Virus record (IMG/VR): IMGVR_UViG_3300037308_000189
Location: 1-42,953 of that record
Strand: one strand, 5' to 3'
Length of the DNA stretch: 42,953 bases
Source: a virus
Lineage: Duplodnaviria > Caudoviricetes
Positions 36,185-42,953 of this stretch are shown here, piece by piece. Each line of letters begins with the position of its first letter. The first letter of the stretch is position 1. The translations under genes were made by a program, and so were the position numbers. A model generated the notes under the pieces. It was not told the DNA's origin. It made no database searches and saw only the letters and a list, made by a program, of their open reading frames with translations.

Positions 36185-36588
36185 GCGCGGCTTTCTCGTC
36201 TTTCTTGCTCCGTTGCTCCGTTGCTCATTAAAGCCTTTTCCATTGCGTTGAAAGCGTTAATGTAGGCAATTTTCTTTTCCATTGCCCTTGCTCCAGTCAG
36301 AGACATCATTACCAACGAGAAGCCATCCCTTGTCATGAATACCTCTCGTTCGACGTATTCCCTGCCCATAGAATTTTTCTTAATAGTTTCCACGGGCTCG
36401 AAATTGAGCTTGTGGAAATCATTGGATGTTTCAGCCATGATTCGATCGACAACTCGAAGAACGTTTTTATGTGTCTTTTCAAAGATATCCGAGATGTTCT
36501 TTGAGGATGCTTTGGCAGACTTCCTATGCACTACAATTTGAATCTCTTGCTGAGTATGAGAAAAAACGGTACTTGTCATAGCGATCAC
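36124..36588 (-). CDS. rha: Rha family phage regulatory protein
   Basis: SSKNISDIFEKTHKNVLR..., NF, MTRDGFSLVMMSLTG..A...KIAYINAFNAME. Confidence 0.9.
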   Translation of the reverse strand: MIAMTSTVFSHTQQEIQIVVHRKSAKASSKNISDIFEKTHKNVLRVVDRIMAETSNDFHKLNFEPVETIKKNSMGREYVEREVFMTRDGFSLVMMSLTGARAMEKKIAYINAFNAMEKALMSNGATEQERRESRACFTQPFSIPAACLPTSTVL

Positions 36589-36622
36589 CTCATCGACAGG
36601 TGGTTTTCGTTGTCTCCCGGTC

Positions 36623-36856
36623 CTACACCGGGAGGCGATAACCTATCACACCTCTAACAAGCAAGCAAAAGGATATTTCGTCGAGAAGTATTTTTGTTTG
36701 AGTTCTGCCTCTGCTATCTATATATTCAATGTGAATAAGTTGTACAGCATTAGGAAGCCCAAGAGCCATAAGGTTATCTCTTGCAGTATGGCATGCTCTT
36801 TTGACTCCTTGGTGAGTCATGCCGTGAGCTGCCGCAATCGTTAGCGTATCGATCAC
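36623..36856 (-). CDS. Truncated or divergent Rha-like protein
   Basis: TLTIAAAHGMTHQGVKR...YIDSRGR....LLDE..F.LLV resembles the Rha N-terminal domain. Confidence 0.45.
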   Translation of the reverse strand: MIDTLTIAAAHGMTHQGVKRACHTARDNLMALGLPNAVQLIHIEYIDSRGRTQTKILLDEISFCLLVRGVIGYRLPV

Positions 36857-36894
36857 CGGCTGGCGCCCGGATTTCGCTTTATATCACTTCGGCT

Positions 36895-37521
36895 TTAGCT
36901 TATCAATGTGCCTTCGATTTTCTTCATCATTTCATCAACCTTCTTAGCGGTTTCTCGCTCGATTTGTGACTTGCGATCCATCTGCTTAGACTTGAAATGA
37001 AGGCAAAGATATTCAGTGATGGAAGGGCTATGTTTCTCAAATTTGTTCTCTGCGGATGTTTTCCACTGTTTTGTGAGGTTCTCATACGTGGCGTTTATGG
37101 CTCGTTTGACTCGAAATTCAGATAACTCCTTAGCCTTGACGATGGCATTGCGCCACTTTTGCGCCACGTTGTCGTTCATTTTTGCATCAAACAAGTCCAA
37201 CTGCGCGAAGAGTTCTCCCGTGTCTGTTACGTTCATCGGAATCTTAACACAGCCGGTATAGTCCGTTTCGACGCTCATGTTTCCGTCGTCGCCACCCGTG
37301 ATCCACTCAAGGATCCAAGATTGGGATTCCTCGCGAGGTATGCGCCATTTTAGACTGTAGTCACCACACGGACGGTACACCCGCATGAAATAACCTGCCT
37401 TGAATATGTCCTGATCTTCCTCGAACATATGATCTGGGTTCTCCAGGAGTGAGGACGCCAGTTCTTTGTCAAAAGTGCTCTGAAATATCTTAACTAGTGG
37501 CGAAAAGCTGCCTATTAACAT
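36895..37521 (-). CDS. Hypothetical protein (head/tail module)
   Basis: Start placed at MLIGSF (37521); overlaps the upstream gene end. Confidence 0.6.
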   Translation of the reverse strand: MLIGSFSPLVKIFQSTFDKELASSLLENPDHMFEEDQDIFKAGYFMRVYRPCGDYSLKWRIPREESQSWILEWITGGDDGNMSVETDYTGCVKIPMNVTDTGELFAQLDLFDAKMNDNVAQKWRNAIVKAKELSEFRVKRAINATYENLTKQWKTSAENKFEKHSPSITEYLCLHFKSKQMDRKSQIERETAKKVDEMMKKIEGTLIS

Positions 37522-37999
37522 TCCCCATCCTCCGCTTTTGCTCCGGCGTGAGATTACGCCAAATTGACTCAAACCCAATCTGATTAAGACCGAACTTATG
37601 CACACGCTCCATGAGTGTCGGACAACGCTTGATGACTTCAAGCTTCCGGTTTGTTGACTCCTCCATGTGCTTTTCTTTCTTATCGGCCTCTTCCTCTGCC
37701 TGCTGTGACTTCTCTTCTTCCAGCGCCCAATATGCACTCTTTGTAAGGTCGAGAAGCTCAACATACTCCTTGACGAACGAGCGGGACTTTTCAATGTTCC
37801 GAAGTCCAGTAAGGATGTAGTTGAATTTTGTCATAGCTGGCATCAACGGAGCGTTAGCCATCTGCAGGATGGCCCATTCCCCATCATCCCATGCTGCAAT
37901 GTCGAGCTGAGGATAGCCTAGCTCGCAGAACCATGGGTACCACTTTGATACAAAAGGACTATCCACATACAAATAGGGATAGCATCTCGCTATTGTCAT
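37490..37999 (-). CDS. Hypothetical protein (head/tail module)
   Basis: 169 aa with ATGA overlap. Confidence 0.65.
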   Translation of the reverse strand: MTIARCYPYLYVDSPFVSKWYPWFCELGYPQLDIAAWDDGEWAILQMANAPLMPAMTKFNYILTGLRNIEKSRSFVKEYVELLDLTKSAYWALEEEKSQQAEEEADKKEKHMEESTNRKLEVIKRCPTLMERVHKFGLNQIGFESIWRNLTPEQKRRMGNVNRQLFATS

Positions 38000-38640
38000 G
38001 CCTCAAATTCCTTGATGTATGCCGTTTGTCTTATGCGCTTGCTCAATATCTGCTGGACTTGATAGGCCCATTCCTGCTCGTACTTTTCCCAGTCAGGATT
38101 AGATCTGCCTGCCAGTGTCATGAGTTGCGCAGCCGCTCGCCACTTGATGTAGTTTTCCATCGCTCGATCCAATTGGGAGTCGAGCACGCTTGCATCCAAC
38201 GTCAGATCTGCTGGGTACGAAAACCCCTCCACCTGAATGAAGTCCGCACCAAATTCTGCAGGTGCCGGGTTGAAATAAATGTTCCGCCCATGCAACCGCC
38301 AGTAAGCTGGAAACTGTGTGACTGTCCCTGTCGTGTGCTGCTGTGGAATGTTCTCGCCGTCGTTGTACGGTATCGAGATGAAGACATCACCCTGTCGATA
38401 GCGAACATCGTCGATGATAACCACACCCGTAGGAAGCGCCACGGTGTTGCCTGCTGGCATCGCGAACGTCGTCACGGACTTGAACCAGCCTTCGCCGCAC
38501 ATATGACTTTGCGCAACAATCCAATCCACACAATCTTGGATCGCATCGTTGATATGATCATCTGTGTGGAAACCTGAATAACCGGCGGACTTGTTTATGA
38601 GTCTCAGGACTTTGGCTTTTATCTGTGCTCTTGTGGTCAT
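37996..38640 (-). CDS. Head-tail adaptor (T7 gp11/P22 gp4-like)
   Basis: MTTRAQIKAKVLRL...INDAIQD, LPT, P.YW, IYFNPAP pattern; GAGGTG RBS; ATGA overlap with terL. Confidence 0.65.
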   Translation of the reverse strand: MTTRAQIKAKVLRLINKSAGYSGFHTDDHINDAIQDCVDWIVAQSHMCGEGWFKSVTTFAMPAGNTVALPTGVVIIDDVRYRQGDVFISIPYNDGENIPQQHTTGTVTQFPAYWRLHGRNIYFNPAPAEFGADFIQVEGFSYPADLTLDASVLDSQLDRAMENYIKWRAAAQLMTLAGRSNPDWEKYEQEWAYQVQQILSKRIRQTAYIKEFEA

Positions 38641-39932
38641 GCTACACCTCTGTTCAGATATTCGAGTTTCCAAGCCGCTGCAGACACCGCATCATGGAGT
38701 CTGGGAAGCTCGGTCGGCCTTTCAGCCTCAAACCCAGAGTATTCTCGGATCAGGTATCTAAGGGCTGCCTCTGCGTCGAAGTGCCCCCAGGAGCACTGGG
38801 AATAGTCGATGTCCTCGGGTTTCTTGGGATCCCACGTTGCCGCCTGCAAGTCGCGGATGAGCATCTCGCACCGGGGGTGGATCAGAAGCCGATTTCTAAA
38901 CAGAAGCTCTTTGACCTGCAGCCGGTTGCCCAGGACGTTGACCTTGTCCGCATTCCCGCAGGGGATCCCCCGTTGGTTCAGCTCCTCAATGCTTTTCGGG
39001 TCGTGGTCGGCCACTGCAGCGACGTTCTGAATGTTCCACGCCTCACACCGCTCGCGGATCCGGTCGTAGACGTCCGACAGAAGCATTTTCGTGCCATAGA
39101 CTTCATCGAAGACGCAGATATATCCGTCTCGGATGTACGCAAAAAGCACGCAGGTTGCATGAGTAAATCCCCAGTCAATACTGAGCAGGACTCGTTGCCA
39201 CGTCTCCGGTGCTGGGATTCTGTGCGTGATGTGGTGCGCAGGAATCAGCTCGTTATAGGTTGCGCCTGTAAACGAAATAAACTCGCATTCGTACTCCTGG
39301 CGGAAGACGTCTGGCCTCGTCGTGCGCTTGATTTCATCGTAGTCAGCTTCCGAGATGAGCCCCAATTGAAGCATCTGCGAGAGCGTAATGCAGAGCCTCC
39401 GGAAGCCATACATCTCGTAGTCGTTCCAAAGGTCATACCACCCATTTTTTCCGTTTGACGTGCTCTCCAGGAAGCAAAACCCCTTTGTTTGTCTTAGGGT
39501 CGGCTGGATAACCATGTCAAAAACATCGCGGACGGTTACGCCAAGCTCAAGCTTGCTGAAGGCCACCTCGGCCCAATGGATGTAGAAATACGTTCCGCCT
39601 CGGATTCGGTTGGGATCCTTGTCAACGGATTCCATCCAACAACAAGCACTCGGGTTTGCATGGTTGTACGTTTTAGCCGTATTCACCGCGAACTTGTTCG
39701 ACGGAAAAAGCCGGTTGAATTTTTCCGCTGCCATACGTTTTGCCGAGTTCTTGTCCTTGGCCAGAAACAGGCACGCCCTGCTCTCCGGAGTCTCCAGGAT
39801 GGACCTGCACATGCGCACGCCCAGCTCCGTCTTGCCTTCCTGGCGAGGCAACATCAGCATCAACCGCTTGTTTTGAAGCAGCACGGAGAGCGCAAGGCTC
39901 TGCACGGGCTTGAGCGATAATGGATCAATCAT
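38637..39932 (-). CDS. terL: Terminase large subunit
   Basis: Walker A PRQEGKT, RIRG, Walker B variant YIHWAE, coupling motif ESTSNG, FRQEYECEF, nuclease SIDWG, ADHD, ALRY. Confidence 0.92.
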   Translation of the reverse strand: MIDPLSLKPVQSLALSVLLQNKRLMLMLPRQEGKTELGVRMCRSILETPESRACLFLAKDKNSAKRMAAEKFNRLFPSNKFAVNTAKTYNHANPSACCWMESVDKDPNRIRGGTYFYIHWAEVAFSKLELGVTVRDVFDMVIQPTLRQTKGFCFLESTSNGKNGWYDLWNDYEMYGFRRLCITLSQMLQLGLISEADYDEIKRTTRPDVFRQEYECEFISFTGATYNELIPAHHITHRIPAPETWQRVLLSIDWGFTHATCVLFAYIRDGYICVFDEVYGTKMLLSDVYDRIRERCEAWNIQNVAAVADHDPKSIEELNQRGIPCGNADKVNVLGNRLQVKELLFRNRLLIHPRCEMLIRDLQAATWDPKKPEDIDYSQCSWGHFDAEAALRYLIREYSGFEAERPTELPRLHDAVSAAAWKLEYLNRGVA

Positions 39933-40789
39933 CGGTGACGGTTGACCATTCCTTGAAAGCTATTCCCTTTTTTCTCGGTGAATAGCGTCTCGAAATATCG
40001 CTGCCGAGCCTCTGCTTTGACCTTGGCACGGACGTTTTGATCTTCGATATGTTCCGCCTGTGCGTAGGCTTCTGCAAGCTCCTCACGGGTCATTTCGCTG
40101 TTCTGGAGGTAGTCGTCACGGAGCTTTTCGCGGACGGATTTAGGGACCGCAGACTTCACAACTTCGGCAACCATCTTCTTTTGCATTGCGTCGGATGAGC
40201 GGATTTTCTGCCATGCTTCTGGCTGTGACTTCTGGACTTCTTTGATGGTCTGCGCGAGTTTCGACGATACGAACATCTCGAACTGAGGATCGATCTCGCC
40301 ATAGAGCTGCTCGATGGTTCCCCTGATATGATTATCGATGTTTTCATACACCCGTTGATTATGCAGAACTTCGGGATTGGCAATCGTTTTGACCTTCTGT
40401 TCGAGCTGCTGAACCGTCTTCCGGAGCTGCGCATTTTCCTGGACCTGCGCTTTCACTCGGGTGGCCAAATCCACTGTGACAGGCATGCCCCGGCCAGCCT
40501 TCTCGGCCTCGAATGCGACTTTGAGCACGTCGTCATACCAACTCAAATCAGGCTCGCCGTCGTTTTCCGGTTTGCCTTCGTCGCCCATCAGAGCTGATCG
40601 CATGCGATCAATCGTGCTCTGCAATGCCTGGTTCTGGCCCGCTTGCTGCTGCAGACTCTCGCTCAATGCGTAAATCTGCTCCTGGGTCATATCCACTTGG
40701 CCCTGCTGGCCCTGGTCCTGTGCGCCTGCCGATTGTCCTCCGGACGCAGCCCCTGCCGCCCCCGCTCCACCTGATACGTGATCTGTCAT
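39929..40789 (-). CDS. Scaffolding-like coiled-coil protein
   Basis: Disordered Gly/Gln N-terminus followed by acidic helices; GGAGG RBS at MTDH. Confidence 0.5.
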   Translation of the reverse strand: MTDHVSGGAGAAGAASGGQSAGAQDQGQQGQVDMTQEQIYALSESLQQQAGQNQALQSTIDRMRSALMGDEGKPENDGEPDLSWYDDVLKVAFEAEKAGRGMPVTVDLATRVKAQVQENAQLRKTVQQLEQKVKTIANPEVLHNQRVYENIDNHIRGTIEQLYGEIDPQFEMFVSSKLAQTIKEVQKSQPEAWQKIRSSDAMQKKMVAEVVKSAVPKSVREKLRDDYLQNSEMTREELAEAYAQAEHIEDQNVRAKVKAEARQRYFETLFTEKKGNSFQGMVNRHR

Positions 40790-40909
40790 GTTGCCTCCGC
40801 TGTTTGCTGTGCTCACAGTATGTTGCCACAATCTGTTACCAGAAACTAGGAAGAGATCGCCTCAAGGTTACGAGGCCTCCCAGAAAGTAGGAAAAGCTCG
40901 ATCTTTTGA

Positions 40910-41287
40910 TTATCGCTTGGCGGCCCGGAGTGCTGAGGCTATCAGCCCTTTGGGTGAGGTCTTGCCTATGGCATTGAGGTAGCCAGAGATGATTGTCGCA
41001 GGGAGGCCAACGGCCAACGCCACTTTTCCGAGGTCCATTGATTCGACCGCAGGGGGAGAATTTAGCACCCGGTTGACCACGCTATCACCAGCATCACCAA
41101 TTGCTTTGTACAGGTAATACATACCGATCATCTGTGGGAGTTTATCGATCACGTAATCGACTCCCTGCCGCGTCGGATCCTTCGGAGCTTCCTGCACGGT
41201 ACTCGCATACCGGCCAGCAATTCTTCCGTTGTAGTGGTGGTTCCCGCGTTGGTACGTGTCATCAGAGAGAAATGCCGCAACACTCAT
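40910..41287 (-). CDS. Small membrane-type protein
   Basis: Hydrophobic segments (QMIGMYYLY, VALAVGLPATIISG). Confidence 0.6.
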   Translation of the reverse strand: MSVAAFLSDDTYQRGNHHYNGRIAGRYASTVQEAPKDPTRQGVDYVIDKLPQMIGMYYLYKAIGDAGDSVVNRVLNSPPAVESMDLGKVALAVGLPATIISGYLNAIGKTSPKGLIASALRAAKR

Positions 41288-41541
41288 TGGCTCGCCTCCC
41301 TGCGTTTATCTGTCGCTTTTTTGGCGATCATAAATGTACCCAGAGGGATTCCTGCAGCGATGAGCAGAGCAGCCATGTCTGTGGAATCGAGAGAGGATCC
41401 CATCGACTTTTTCGCATTTGCTGGGTTGACTCTCGTCGCGCCTGCAGCCTTCGTCGCATCCCGTGCTAGGGAATCAAACGAAGGCTTGTAGCCGCGCGGC
41501 CCTTTGCCTCCAAGGAGTTTCCAAACGTCAAACCCTTTCAC
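41284..41541 (-). CDS. Small membrane protein
   Basis: AGGAGG RBS before GTG; TM segment MAALLIAAGIPLGTFMIA. Confidence 0.6.
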   Translation of the reverse strand: MKGFDVWKLLGGKGPRGYKPSFDSLARDATKAAGATRVNPANAKKSMGSSLDSTDMAALLIAAGIPLGTFMIAKKATDKRREASQ

Positions 41542-42097
41542 CGCGCAGCCTCCTTATTTCATTCACAAGCACGTCGTATTGCATGCCCTCGTCAGAACCT
41601 TGGTAGGCTCCAGCCGCTGCACCACCGAGAGCTCCCGCAGCGATGCCAAGAGGAACGCCAATTCTGCTTTTCCCGAGCTTGGAATACATCGCCTGGATGC
41701 CAGACTCTGCTCCGATTCCGAGCTTGCTGGCAATTTCACTGCCAGGATTCAAAAGCTTTGATCCGATGTATGCTCCAGCCCCACCGCCGACGATTGCCCC
41801 GCCTGCAGCTCCTCTCCGCGTGTTGATCGATGGATCATCACCATCGAACATTTTCGAGCCTACGAGGTTTCCACCCGATGCAATGCCACCGGCTGCAAGT
41901 GCCCCGTGAATCGCATTCCTGGCGATTGTGCGCGGGTTGGCAGTGACAAGGGCTGAGCCCACGCCGCCGAGGATTGCACCGCTCACGCCTCCAGAGAGGC
42001 CGATTTTTGCAGCTCGTTTGAGCGACTCCCAGGAACTTTTCTCCTGCTCTCGTCGCATCGCTTTCTCGTAGCCGTATTCTGCCTCTGTGCGGGTCAT
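41528..42097 (-). CDS. Glycine-zipper membrane protein
   Basis: Repeated GxxxG hydrophobic helices (GGVSGAILGGVG, GAAGGAIVGGGAG, GIAAGALGGAAAG). Confidence 0.7.
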   Translation of the reverse strand: MTRTEAEYGYEKAMRREQEKSSWESLKRAAKIGLSGGVSGAILGGVGSALVTANPRTIARNAIHGALAAGGIASGGNLVGSKMFDGDDPSINTRRGAAGGAIVGGGAGAYIGSKLLNPGSEIASKLGIGAESGIQAMYSKLGKSRIGVPLGIAAGALGGAAAGAYQGSDEGMQYDVLVNEIRRLRGERV

Positions 42098-42327
42098 TTT
42101 TTGTCCTCCCGCTTCAGCTTCTCCAGCATTCGTTTCGCGCTATCCCGCGCCGCCGCTCGCGCCTTGGCCGTCAATTTTTCGTCTCTGTCGCCCTCGATGG
42201 CTTTTTCTCTCATCAACGCAATGGGTGTGCCCACGCCGAGAGTCGTAGCCGCCGACACGATCACATCGCGCTTGCTCGGGGCATATTCGCCCATCTTAGC
42301 CAGCAGTTTTCTTAGTGCCGCTGCCAT
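42094..42327 (-). CDS. Small membrane protein, 'ALxKL' family
   Basis: GAGGTGG RBS before MAAALRKLLAKM; one hydrophobic helix. Confidence 0.6.
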   Translation of the reverse strand: MAAALRKLLAKMGEYAPSKRDVIVSAATTLGVGTPIALMREKAIEGDRDEKLTAKARAAARDSAKRMLEKLKREDKK

Positions 42328-42607
42328 TTCGCCACCTCTCCAATGCAATGCCAGCTCCAGGAATCGCAGCCGTTGCCAGAGGGATCCCGAGTGCCAGCAG
42401 GAGGTTTTGAGTGTCCTCATCGCCAAGCATCTTCTTGGCATCCATCAGAGGCCCTTGCAGCGCCTTTGGCACCCATCGCCGTGCTGGATATATTTCGTCA
42501 AGGAGCTTGTCCCCGCCGTACATTGCACCTGCTCCCGCAGCCGCACCGCCTCCGATGAGAGCAGGTGTCTTCATCTTCGCCATAAGTTTTGCTAGTGCCG
42601 GGTTCAT
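42296..42607 (-). CDS. Gly/Ala-rich membrane protein, 'ALxKL' family
   Basis: MNPALAKLMAKM; GGAGG RBS; two hydrophobic segments. Confidence 0.7.
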   Translation of the reverse strand: MNPALAKLMAKMKTPALIGGGAAAGAGAMYGGDKLLDEIYPARRWVPKALQGPLMDAKKMLGDEDTQNLLLALGIPLATAAIPGAGIALERWRNGSGTKKTAG

Positions 42608-42619
42608 TGCCGCCCTCCA

Positions 42620-42919
42620 TTACATCCCGAGCATCTGCCGCCCACGGCCCAACATTGCACCGCCTGATTTCTTGGCTTGCTGCAGAGCTGCCATCAAAGC
42701 CTCAAGCTCTTCTTCGCCCATGCTTTCCTCGTCATCACCCATGGCCATTCCTGCGCCAAGTCCTGCAGCGCCAGCTCCACCAGCTCCAATAGCTGCCGCA
42801 GTTTTCGGATTTCGTGCTGCCATGCGTGCGAGCTGTCCGCCTTTTGCGCCTGCCATATTCATGGCACCAGCGCCTGCGCCCTTCATCTGTGCAATCAATT
42901 TCATTAGTGCAGGGTTCAT
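42620..42919 (-). CDS. Gly/Ala-rich membrane protein, 'ALxKL' family
   Basis: MNPALMKLIAQM; AAGGAG RBS; AAAIGAGGAGAAGLGAG segment. Confidence 0.7.
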   Translation of the reverse strand: MNPALMKLIAQMKGAGAGAMNMAGAKGGQLARMAARNPKTAAAIGAGGAGAAGLGAGMAMGDDEESMGEEELEALMAALQQAKKSGGAMLGRGRQMLGM

Positions 42920-42953
42920 TCGTCGTCTCCTTCGAGGATTAGATTTAATAGTG
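42785..42953. repeat. Terminal direct repeat, right copy
   Basis: 169 bp identical to 1-169 with one mismatch. Confidence 0.95.

Noticed and set aside
37891-39458. Plus-strand ORFs of 228 and 277 aa
   Set aside because: Antisense shadows of the adaptor and terL genes.
42785-42953. Physical T7-like direct terminal repeat
   Set aside because: It begins and ends inside coding sequence, so an assembly overlap is more likely; read data are needed to exclude a true DTR.

Overview
This looks like an essentially complete, circularly assembled ~42.8 kb tailed-phage genome with podovirus-like architecture; bases 1-169 recur at 42785-42953 with one mismatch. A long minus-strand late region encodes an HK97-type major capsid protein, a run of small Gly/Ala-rich membrane-type proteins, a scaffold-like protein, large terminase, adaptor and nozzle-like proteins, three putative ejection proteins, three paralogous structural proteins, portal, tail fibres and a lysis module with two amidases. 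The early/middle region (about 2.7-14.7 kb) has a terS-like gene, VRR-NUC nuclease, YqaJ/RecT recombination pair, DUF3987 helicase-like gene, an iteron-flanked AT-rich origin candidate and Cro-like regulators. No integrase, DNA polymerase or canonical CRISPR array was recognised. The standout feature is a tightly coupled minus-strand operon (9311 to 6984) containing a stand-alone Cas7/RAMP-like gene (8230-9111). It runs directly into a ~1.3 kb non-coding array (5660-6983) of 5-nt periodic NGY-NN units, punctuated by GGY-anchored 6-nt steps into modules of mostly 21, 26 or 31 nt. This is a candidate non-CRISPR, RNA-guided RAMP system. All calls are from manual motif reading; no database searches were run.
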